Positions 13,227 to 22,833 of a stretch of DNA of 64,000 nt are shown in pieces. Within the stretch, counting starts at the first letter, position 1. Each line of letters begins with the position of its first letter. Source of the stretch: Yuukianura sp. NJ FZ-2021 (Eukaryota); contig CM102283.1 of assembly GCA_046563655.1 (NCBI GenBank), positions 1,426,001 to 1,490,000 of the forward strand, written 5' to 3'. The notes under the pieces are model-generated. The model ran no database searches, was not told the DNA's origin, and worked only from the letters and a program-made list of their open reading frames with translations. The position numbers and the translations under genes were made by a program.

Positions 13227-13589
13227 TTGGACAGACCTTGCTAAAAGCATGTCGGTCAAAGGTTATTTTTTGAGGTCAAAATTTTGAAAATGAATAACAT
13301 CTCATTAGGTATTCAAACACTTTCAGCAGCTGAAAGAAAAGTACTTAATCAAAATCTAGTACAAAACTGCTGCGAACTTTCACCTTTTGTATTTTGTAGC
13401 TTTTTTGTTTCAAAAAAGTACTAAAACCTCTGAAGTCTTTTCCATTTATTTTTTCAACACTCACCAATAGATTTATGGTTTTCTAGCACCGCCAAAATTT
13501 GCTTGATTGGAAATTTTTTGAAAATTAAAAAACTTTTCTTTTCATTCGGGAAACATGCCGTGTTTTTATTAATTATTTTTTGTTTTTTC

Positions 13590-13609
13590 AGGTCATTGAC
13601 CTTTGACCT
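13590..13609. promoter_or_regulatory. Composite nuclear-receptor motif (perfect IR1 AGGTCAtTGACCT overlapping DR1 TGACCTtTGACCT) about 260 bp upstream of the AROM-derived ORF
   Basis: Motif read directly from the sequence; function is unproven. It also overlaps a polypyrimidine-CAG splice-acceptor-like site ending at 13591. Confidence 0.3.
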
Positions 13610-13864
13610 GGAACTGTATCAAGCTACTTTAATCCCAGCATGTTGGGATTTATATGGAACAGTATTTGGATAATTAAAATTTTAAACCACAAACCTCAAT
13701 CCTCTTAGATTTTTAATCATTTCCAGACCGTATCGCTAGAATGATTGACTTTTTGAAACCAGTTGCTAATTAGAAGTTGATCGATCAACAACTTCCTCAT
13801 CACACAAATTGTTCAACATTGCACTCCTTCTATAACAGCTTTTTTAGAAATTAATTCGTACAAC

Positions 13865-16291
13865 ATGAATTCAGACCAAGAGAAAATTGTGCTCGATGCG
13901 TTTCGTTTAGGCATTGCCTGTTCTGAACAACTTTTTAAACTTTTAGAAGAAAATGCCCGATGTATTTTGACTGGCGATTTGACAGCCGTGGAAGAGTTGA
14001 ATTCAGTTTTTCAAAAAGTTGAAAAAGCCACTGACGCTGTTACGGTTGAAAAAGTCCGAAATTTTGGAAAATCAATTGCAGTAATTTTGGAATCAAGTGG
14101 ATACTCGCCAAGGGACTCTTCTGCTTTGGGAATTCTAAAACAAGTTCAAATTTCGCGCCATCTCGGATTTTGTTCTCTCGTGACCTTGAACAGAGTGACG
14201 AGATGTTTGGCCAGCTACGGCTTTTCGACTCGTCTTGACCTCAGACGACCAGCAGTCATTTCTGCGCAAAACAGACAAAAAATGGCAATGATTCTGCGCA
14301 TTGGCCAATTTGACCTCGTGGAGGTCAATGACCTTTTCATTTCTCTGGTTCTGGAATCTCAGATTTCAGTAACTCCGAGTGGACCGATTCACTGTGCAAT
14401 GACAGTGCCTGGATCCAAGAGTATATCAAATAGAGTACTGCTGATGGCAGCGCTTGGTCATGGCACATGCGCAATCGAAGGCCTTCTGGATTCAGATGAC
14501 ATTGTAGCCATGCTGAAAAGTTTGGAACAACTTGGAGTTAGATTTGAATGGACTCAAGGGGGTCAAAGGTTAGTCGTCTACGGTTCAGACGGGAAATTCA
14601 AACAACCAGAACAACCACTCTATCTGAACAACTCCGGTACTTCGGCTCGGTTTCTAACGTCGGCGGTTTGCCTTGTTCAAAGTGAGAATGAAAACGGCGG
14701 GAAAGGCCGAGCATCTACGATTCTTACCGGAAATGCCCGAATGCAGGAAAGGCCGATCGGACCACTCGTTTCGGCTCTTCAGTCCAACGGTTGCGAAATT
14801 TCATACTTTGAAAATACCGGATGTTTGCCAATTTCCGTTGGCGCCAAAACTTTTTCTGGCGGGAAAGTTTTTATTGAAGGGAAAGTCAGCAGTCAATACG
14901 TGTCGTCAATTCTAATTTCGGCGCCATACGCTCAGACGCCGCTTACGCTTCAATTGGCCGAAGAAAATCCAGTTTCCCTGCCATACATTCTAATGACGGT
15001 GAAATTGATGCAGGATTTTGGAATCCCCGTGAAATTTCTGGCGCCAAACGAACTTCAAATTCCCACAGGCGTTTATGCCAATCCGGCTAAATTTTTGGTT
15101 GAACCTGACGCTTCTTCAGCTACGTACCTCCTTGCTATGGCAGCTATCACTGGTGGAGACGTTACTGTCCGGCATCTTGGATCGCAAAGTCTCCAAGGAG
15201 ACGCCAAGTTCTACGAAGCGCTGGTAGCAATGGGATGCGATGCTGTTCAAACTGAGCTAGAAACGAGGGTGCGTGGACCGACGGATAAGCGTCTGCGCAG
15301 TGTCAAGATTAACATGGAGACGCTGACAGATGCGTTCATGACAATCGCTGTCTTGGCAGCAGTGGCTGAAGGAAAAACTGAAATTCGGGGAATTACGAAT
15401 CAACGTGTCAAGGAATGCAACAGAATTGCAGTTATGGTGGAAGAATTGACTAAACTTGGAGTCAATTGTGGTGAGCTGGAAGACGGACTTTGGATAGAAG
15501 GAATTCAAAATTTTGAAAACTTCAAAACTCCCGCCTTCATAAATTGTCACGATGATCATAGGATTGCTTTGAGTTTTGCTGTCCTTGGTTCCAAAATTCC
15601 TGGAATTGTCATACTGGACAAAGAATGCACTTCTAAAACCTATCCAGGATTCTGGGATGACTGCAGAGCAATCCAGGTATCACTTTGCCCCGGTTCCAGA
15701 ATTTGCACAGCCAATCAAAACTCTTCGTCGATTTTCTCGACCAATGAAAACTTCCCGCCGACTTTCTTGGTGGGCATGCGTGGTTGCGGCAAAACGACTT
15801 TTGGCAAACTTGCAGCATCCGCCCTTGGCTTGTCGTTTCTCTGCATGGACCAAGTGCTGGAATCGCAATTCGGAGAATCCATTTCTTGCTTTGTTGAAAA
15901 ACACGGATGGGCGGAGTTTCGTGCCGAAGAAGAAAGACTTCTGCGCAGACTCGTGGAATCAAATCCAATAAACACAATAGTCTCTTGTGGTGGTGGAGTA
16001 GTTGAAACTCCAGGGTGCCTTGACCTGTTAGGTCAATGCCTTTTGGTCATTAACATCGAAAGACCTTGGGAAGAAGTCAAATTTACTCTTCTGCAACCAA
16101 GTGACTCTCGACCGGAACTTCCCGAACAACTTGAAGTCGTGTGGAATCGGAGACGCCCTTTATATAAAAAATGTTCCCGCTACGAATTTCGAACGAGTTT
16201 CGACAACTCGGCGGCAGTCATTGAAAAATCTACTCAAGATTTTATCCAATTTTTAGAAAAGTTGTTAGCAAACCATAAACAAATCGCTTAA
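13865..16291 (+). CDS. Truncated AROM-derived protein, 808 aa: degenerate C-terminal DHQ-synthase remnant + EPSP synthase + shikimate kinase (aro1/aroM-like, horizontal-transfer candidate)
   Basis: Intronless ORF with CAAC-ATG start context. EPSPS motifs: PGSKSISNR (14408), LNNSGTSARFL, RMQERPI, VSSQYVSS, EPDASSA, TDAF, RVKECNRI, DDHRIA, KTYPGFW. Shikimate kinase from ~15761: Walker A GMRGCGKT, FRAEE, SCGGG, SRP, RRPLY. The N-terminal ~170 aa align by eye to the AROM DHQS C-domain (NFGKSIA for NFGHSIGH; SRHLG...RCLASYGF). Domain order matches AROM. Confidence 0.93.
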   Translation: MNSDQEKIVLDAFRLGIACSEQLFKLLEENARCILTGDLTAVEELNSVFQKVEKATDAVTVEKVRNFGKSIAVILESSGYSPRDSSALGILKQVQISRHLGFCSLVTLNRVTRCLASYGFSTRLDLRRPAVISAQNRQKMAMILRIGQFDLVEVNDLFISLVLESQISVTPSGPIHCAMTVPGSKSISNRVLLMAALGHGTCAIEGLLDSDDIVAMLKSLEQLGVRFEWTQGGQRLVVYGSDGKFKQPEQPLYLNNSGTSARFLTSAVCLVQSENENGGKGRASTILTGNARMQERPIGPLVSALQSNGCEISYFENTGCLPISVGAKTFSGGKVFIEGKVSSQYVSSILISAPYAQTPLTLQLAEENPVSLPYILMTVKLMQDFGIPVKFLAPNELQIPTGVYANPAKFLVEPDASSATYLLAMAAITGGDVTVRHLGSQSLQGDAKFYEALVAMGCDAVQTELETRVRGPTDKRLRSVKINMETLTDAFMTIAVLAAVAEGKTEIRGITNQRVKECNRIAVMVEELTKLGVNCGELEDGLWIEGIQNFENFKTPAFINCHDDHRIALSFAVLGSKIPGIVILDKECTSKTYPGFWDDCRAIQVSLCPGSRICTANQNSSSIFSTNENFPPTFLVGMRGCGKTTFGKLAASALGLSFLCMDQVLESQFGESISCFVEKHGWAEFRAEEERLLRRLVESNPINTIVSCGGGVVETPGCLDLLGQCLLVINIERPWEEVKFTLLQPSDSRPELPEQLEVVWNRRRPLYKKCSRYEFRTSFDNSAAVIEKSTQDFIQFLEKLLANHKQIA

Positions 16292-16819
16292 TCCAAACAT
16301 TATATAGATAAAAATCACTTAAAATGTTAGAAGGTTGTAAATATATTCAAAATATTTCAAAGATCCTTTAAATTATGAATTTCAGAAGAATTTTTAAAAG
16401 TCTTCATTAGAAAAAAATCGTTGATACAATGATTTCCAGAAAATCACTGAAAAGCCGGCCCGTATAAAATTTTTACAAGGTGTAAAAAATCGTTGAAGCT
16501 TTCGGTTTCACAAAAATTATTGTCGAACCTCTTATTAGTCATAAGCTGAACATCGAAAGCATGCGTTGTTGAAACAAATCAAAAAATCGTTCAAACTCTT
16601 TTAGTTTTAAGAAAATCCTCAAAAATCTCAGTTGTTGAAATATGAAAAAAACGTTCAAACTCTTTTAATTCTAAGAAAATCATCAATATGCTATGCAACT
16701 CGGTTTTTAGAAACACATGATTACTGCACTGAACTTTTAATCCAGAACATGACCCAGAAAAATTTACAGCATAGATAAAGATGAGATTACATACACAAAT
16801 CTGATGCAAATAGTTGACA

Positions 16820-17625
16820 CGCTTACATGTTTAGACCAATAACACAACAATGTCTCTTGACAGTTCATTAACTTAAGTTAAAGACTTCAATTTACGTAAT
16901 TTTGGAATGAAATATTAAGTTTTAGTAATTATTACTTAATAATTTATCTTAACAATTTCGTCCTTTAAGCAGAAAGTATTATACGCTGTCCAGTCAGCTC
17001 CCTACGACTACCATCCGTCATCATCATGATTAGTTATTGCCTGACCTGCGAATTTTGGTAGCTCTAACATATGCGAGCAATTGCTCGAGCAATTCTATTT
17101 CCGCATCGAGCGTTTGGACATCCATTCTGTCAATTTTGTACTTCATCGTACGAAGCTTCGTATCATAATCGACGGCCTGGAAAAGTGCTCAATAGTCATA
17201 CGCCGAAATTTCAAATTGGTTTTGTCGCTTTATGTAAAGTTACCTTCTTCGGGCTTTTCTCTGCAACGACAGCCATTGAACGGTTCGAGGTACTAGATCC
17301 TGCTTCAAATCAAATCTGCGTGTTCCTTCCTTCAATGTCTTCAAGTCATTGGGAAAATTTCTAAACCGTACAAGTACTTCAAGCCGATACAGACGCAAAT
17401 ATTTTGAAAAAATCCAACCTAGCTTAGCTTTACAACAACGCCAACGGTCAATACCCCGGTGGTCTCCCTCTGGCATTCAACTCTTGGAAATGGCCTTGCC
17501 AAATATAAAAATAAAATTCGAACGTCCTTCAAAGGATGAACGTTGTCCGTTGAAAAGTTGAAGGGACACATGCAACTGCGAGATAACTTCAAAGATACAA
17601 TCCTGCCATTTTATTCTTCAAATCC
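16820..17625 (-). pseudogene. Copy 1 of a tandemly duplicated small gene, deleted relative to copy 2
   Basis: Aligns to 17975-19275 but lacks the segments ~18455-18743 and ~18950-19155 of copy 2. Keeps the donor at 17243 and the terminal exon 17176-17030 (AVDYDTKLRTMKYKIDRMDVQTLDAEIELLEQLLAYVRATKIRRSGNN*). Confidence 0.6.
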
Positions 17626-17689
17626 AACTAAGGTCATAAAGGTATTTGAATTTCAATTAATGAAAATGGAAATCTAATTAATAGTAACT

Positions 17690-17946
17690 AATCGTAATTT
17701 TGAATTTCTCCTAAACCTTTCCTAAATAACCTCCATGTTTAATGAATAAATTGAATTAAGGAAGTTATTAAATAATAAATTTTTGAAGTTCCCCGCGCTT
17801 CCAGGCTCCAGTTCATTCGTTCCGTAAACCCAGAAACGAAATGCACTGCTCAAAACTTTGATGGATTACTTCCTTTACTGCATCGCCATCTGGTCTTGGA
17901 CTGGTGTAGTTTAAGTCCCTCCTCAGTAAAGAAGCCTTGATAACAT
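17690..17946 (-). pseudogene. Displaced fragment of the 3' end and 3' flank of the ZAD-ZF gene at 27953-29984
   Basis: Encodes KEVIHQSFEQCISFLGLRNE*, nearly identical to the C-terminus at 27953-28186. DNA similarity extends into the 3' flank (17690-17800 vs 27820-27930). The upstream part is frameshifted. Confidence 0.75.
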
Positions 17947-17974
17947 GAGTCATTACTAGTTTATTAGTTGACGT

Positions 17975-19275
17975 ACTTAAATGTTTGGACCAATAGCAGA
18001 CACAACCATGTGTCTTGACAGTTTTCAGACTTAAAGTTAAAGGGTTCAATCAACTTACGTAACTTTTGAATGAAATATTAAGTTTTAGTAATTATTACTA
18101 ATAAGTTATCTTAACAAATTCGTCGTTCAAGTAGAAAGCACCATCATTCAATGTCCAGCTTCATCAGCACCACCTTCATAGTTTGGTCCACCAAATCGGC
18201 GCATGCGCTGTGATTTGAAATGTTCGAACAATTGCTCGTAAATTTTCTCTTCTTTAAGAAACGTTTCGTTGTCCATGCGGTCCACCTTGAACTTCATGGT
18301 ACGAAGCTTCGTATCATAATAATCCACCTAGAAAAGCGCTCAATTGTCATAAGCCGTAATTTCAAATTGGTTTTGTCGCTTTATGTAACGTTACCTTTTT
18401 CGGGCTTTTCTCACTAGCGACAGCCATTGACCTGTTCGATGTGCTGGATCCCGCACCCGATTCCGTTGGGTTCCTAACTACACTTCTTGTTGGAATTTCT
18501 TCCAAGGATTGATGTATGTCTTCCCAGTCCCTAGAGAATTAATTCGACATTACTTCTACCTTTTACGTATGGCAATTTGAAAATGAAACTAAAACATAGA
18601 TTTTGCTCAAATGAAGACTTTCTTAGTCTTACATTAAAACTAATTTTACCTGTTTGTCCACGCTATGTGCAAAAATTATAACCTATTTTAGGATTATTAA
18701 GGATTTGCCAATCGGAAAGGTGAACAGAATCGCTGTAAACGTGTCAAATCAAATCTGCATGTTCCTTCCTTCAATGTCTTCAAGTCATTGGGAAACTTTC
18801 TAAACCGTACAAGTACTTCAAGCCGGTACAGACAAATTTTGAATAAATCCAACCTAGTTTAGCTTTACAACAACGCCAACGGTCATTACCCCCGGTGTTC
18901 TCCCTCTGGCATTCAACTCTTGGAAATGGCCTTGCTAAGTATAAAAACAAAATATTTTTTTAAGAATGAATTCCTTTATTTTCTTAGAATATAATTGTTT
19001 TACAAAGAACGTCGAACTGAGGAAAAAAGAAAGAATAGAAAAAAAAGAAGAAAACTAAATTTTGAGTTTCGAATTATAAAGTAAATTAAACATTTATTAT
19101 AAAGTATATAAAGTAAATTTATAACTTAATTTCAATAGATTTTTGGTTAATTTCAATAAAAGCAAAATTCGAACGTCCTTCAAAGGATGAACCTTGTCCG
19201 TTGAAAAGTTGAAGGGACACATTAAACTGATAGACAACTTCAAAGAACCAATCCTGCCAGTTTCTTCAAATCCAA
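17975..19275 (-). pseudogene. Copy 2 of the duplicated small gene; last two exons intact, upstream part not reconstructable
   Basis: Exon 18530-18395 (DWEDIHQSLEEIPTRS...EKSPKK|gtaacg) splices in frame to 18327-18148 (VDYYDTKLRTMKFKVDRMDNETFLKEEKIYEQLFEHFK...AGH*). Upstream frames contain stops. Confidence 0.55.
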
Positions 19276-20240
19276 CAAAAGTCGGGAATTTTACAGGAAA
19301 TTTCCTTTAAGACTCAACTGGCAATTTTTTTTTCAGTAAAAACGTTTTTAGCATGAAAATAACTGTATATTTTTGCATCAAATGACACGAAATACGGCAG
19401 CGTTAATTTTTTTTCTCGAGACATTGAGCATGCAGTGCTACTGCGGTTGAAAGAAAGTGTTTCGCATAACATAATTTTGGTGTATGATGACAAGGGGGGT
19501 TTAGAATTAAAAGTGAAAGCGAATACAAGTGAGAAGAGCTGGAAGAGGGGGAGGGGGGTTAAAGGGGGGCTATTGGCTGTGGTTTTCTCTGAATAATGAA
19601 TTATGAAATTCCAACTGGGTGCAGAGAAAGCAAAGGAAGGAGATCTGCAGATGGTGATAATGAGTCCACGCACGACACGACTTCAAAGCCACCGCCAGCA
19701 TCCAGCATCCCGTAAGAGCCAGAGAGGACGTGCCACAATTTCATAAAATTCGCGAGTTGGCCTCTCCCCTACACTTTCCGCTGCCACGGCCACGGTGTAG
19801 CAGCGTCATACATCATCCCAGTCCTAAGTGGAGCAGAGGATGCTTGGGTAGTCTCCAGAACCGCCGTTATGCTTTCGTGTCCACAACGATGTCTCCATCC
19901 GCAACTCAAAAATATGGAAATCAGAATCAAAGCCTTTAACCTCTCTGAGTCCGTTAGTGGTTTGGTCACAAGCTGTTCCCGCCTGGAAAAAAAATAGCAT
20001 CAACAACATAACGATTTTTGGATTTAAATAAACCACGAGAGTACTTTCTAACATGGCGCTCACATTTGCTTTAAAAAATTTGATTTTAACCGCAACGTCG
20101 TTAGGTCATATAATCTGTATTCCAAAAGCTAGAGTTTTTATAATGGAGTGTTTCGTTACGTGTTTCATTTGCGTTAGTAAATTTTAAAACTTCTATTGGT
20201 TAGAAACTTCTAGAAATACTGAAATAACGATTTTGGGTTA

Positions 20241-20359
20241 CCGTAAATTTCCAAATACAACCCCCGGGCACTATTTCTTTTGACACCTCTCGGGGGAAGG
20301 GGCACTAATAGGGACCCGGGGCAGTATTTGTGAGAGGGGTTGTATTTGGAAATTTACGG
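20241..20359. mobile_element. 119-bp Tc1/mariner-type MITE
   Basis: Perfect 24-bp TIR CCGTAAATTTCCAAATACAACCCC, with TA on both sides (20239-40, 20360-61). Confidence 0.8.
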
Positions 20360-20693
20360 TATTTCAGATCTGGTTTTTGCAGAAACAGAAACAAAGTACA
20401 TCTATGCATGTCTTTTAAAAATGTGTTAGTTCAATGCCAACTGCGGTGGGCCAGTTAAACCGCAAACGGAGCTGCAAGCTGAAACACCTTTCGAAATTTG
20501 CCCTTACAGAAGTTTAAGAAAAAACGTTTAATTTTAACTTCATTTTCTAATTGACAGAACAGTACACAATTTATTTATATTTCATATTGTCCTGCAACAT
20601 GTACAATGATACAATATTTCATAACAATGAAACATATGTCGCTTTGATCTGACAACTCTTTGCGGACAATGAGTCGTGTTACGGAGAAAAATG

Positions 20694-20702
20694 TATATAA
20701 AA
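20694..20702 (+). promoter_or_regulatory. Candidate TATA box of the secreted-protein gene
   Basis: TATATAAAA about 90 bp upstream of the ATG at 20785. Confidence 0.4.
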
Positions 20703-20784
20703 CAGAAATAAATGCTACGGTTTCTAAAATTATATCTTAATTTACTTTCCCGTAATTAGGTTTCCAAGTTTGTGGCAAAAAAAA

Positions 20785-22100
20785 ATGTTGAAAGCCCTAA
20801 TTTTTGTTGTAGGCGTTAGCGTGGCCTTGGGCAATTCCGATTTTGAAGGTAGGCGAAGCTGATTTATAGAACATAACCTGACTTAATTTATAATAAAACT
20901 AATTAAGTACACATTATTTGAATCGCAGAATTCGACTCCAAGTCCGCGGCCGCCGCCCAGTGTGGAGCACAAAAGGACGTCGACCTGTCATTTTTCAACC
21001 TTAAAGTAGCTGAGGTCAGAACGCTTCTCGCCGACAAGCTTGAGAAATCTGCAGCAGAAGAAACCTTCAGTAGCCGCGATGCGTCAGCAAACTCCATTCA
21101 AACCAGCGTGTCCGAGAGCGGAATGGGAGTCGTCCGCAAAACCGTGCATTTCCCCAACAAAACCCGGGTTTTAGTCAAAGTCATGAAAACCAACAAGGCC
21201 ACAGGGAACTTTGCCACAGACTTGACCAGGACACCGGAAAACAAAGTAGACGCCAGTACCTCGGGCAACTTTGACTTTGGCGTTGACTTGCAAGCTTTTA
21301 CCAAAGATACGAACGTACACAGGACGGTCAGCGGAGGCTCATCACTGACAGTAAAGTCGTCAACTGCATTCATCCAGCTAGGTGATACCAAGGTTTTACA
21401 AACTAATGCTTCAGCATCGGCTTCCACTTCGGTTTCCTCCGTTGATGCTTCAGGATCCGGCGGCAAAGGCCGTAGCTTTACGGCACAGGCGACCGCAACC
21501 TCATCAGCTGACACGTTTATCTTTTCAAAGAAGTGTTTCATATCTCGGGTCAAGTTTGACTTTGGCATCAAAGTCGACGGTATACGTGTGACTGCTTCGA
21601 TTGCTGGAAAAGGCAACGGCCGTGTCTTTACTCGTGTTCTCGTTGCTAACAAAAATGGAACTTCGGTTATTCATAGCTACGCAGAATTTAAAATCCAAAC
21701 TGAGCTGGACATACAAGGAAAAAATAAGTCCTTAAACAAGTCCTTTCAAGGGACCCAAAATATAACTATTACTGCTCATACCGAAACGATTGTTCGGAAG
21801 GTCAATGGTGCTGATGAAAACAGCGGTAGGGTTTTTGTTGTTTCAAATGAAATCAAGCTTCGAGTGGGCGTCCAAACTGTCTTGGACAACGGACCTAAGA
21901 TAGTATCAAGCGGTGGTCAAATTCTGTTTAGAAATTCACGGTTCAATATTCCCGTCTCTGCCTCTACGTTTGAAAATAAGGATAATGGTGATGGATCCGG
22001 TATCATGACAGACAGCATTTTGACGAAACAGGAACAAGGTGACGACGTTTTGGTCAACAACGACTTTGTCAACAATGTTGTGTCATCAGCAATAAACTAA
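20785..22100 (+). CDS. Secreted, Ser/Thr/Gly/Val-rich, predicted beta-rich protein of unknown family, 411 aa, 2 coding exons
   Basis: Exon 1 20785-20848 (MLKALIFVVGVSVALGNSDFE, signal peptide), 80-nt GT-AG intron 20849-20928, exon 2 20929-22100 in frame with the listed 330-aa ORF. AATAAA at 22125. Confidence 0.85.
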
Positions 22101-22189
22101 TGTCATGCCTATGTCAATTTGGAAAATAAATTTTCATTGGTTTTAAAGGGTTATATCAATATGTTCAAAATCTAACCTCAGTCTAAAAA

Positions 22190-22525
22190 TTTACATTAAA
22201 CGAAATTAAATCTCGGAAACCAGAGGTCAAAGGTCAAGGCCAACTTCACGCAAGTTGTTTGTCTCAATGAGATGAACAATAACTTTTGTAAAGGCCATTT
22301 TTTTCAATTTCGGTCAAAAATGCGGTTGACCTTGAGCTTTGACCCGGATGTTGCCCACTTCCGGTGAAACGGGAAACCGATTGATCACCCTTGTCCATAT
22401 GAAATTGATCTGTGAAGACAGATTAAGAATCGGTCCAACGGGTTATTTGGTTATTTGGAATAGTAGACAGACGGACAGACAAGGTCAAAAACATAAAGTA
22501 CCGAATAAATTCGCTGCTTGATAAA
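22190..22525. mobile_element. Possible Helentron/HINE (DINE-1-like) fragment
   Basis: GAATCGGTCCAACGGGTTATT followed by an AGACAGACGGACAGACA microsatellite and AGGTCA-rich sequence, an arrangement typical of HINEs. Ends not defined. Confidence 0.4.
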
Positions 22526-22833
22526 GTAAAGTAAAAAATGTAAAAATGCATTAACCTTATGTTTGAGAAACTAACTCGCAGTTTTGATTGATTGATTTGT
22601 TTGACATTCAGCATGAGGCTGTGCTCATCATGTTAAGATGTCGTTACTGTTTGACCCTTTTCTGGAATGAAGTTTTGGCACATTTATTGCTGGAATAAAA
22701 GCAGATCGTCAGATCTGGCATTATGACAAAGTTAATCTGTCTTAAAATGAAAATTTAGGAACAATTGTGTCCAGGAACTTTGATAATCTTTTGACAAGAT
22801 GTTTTAAAGCAGTAGTTAATTGGTCAATTAATC

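Noticed and set aside
14673-15977. Several short alternative-frame and antisense ORFs within the AROM-derived gene
   Set aside because: Shadow ORFs of a GC-richer coding region with no recognisable motifs.
13865-16291. Bacterial contamination or an endosymbiont aroA/aroK operon
   Set aside because: A single fusion in eukaryotic AROM order with a decayed DHQS, no neighbouring bacterial genes and host-like flanks. Read-level confirmation is still needed.
21098-21652. 184-aa antisense ORF
   Set aside because: Mirror of the sense gene, which has the signal peptide, intron, TATA box and polyA signal.
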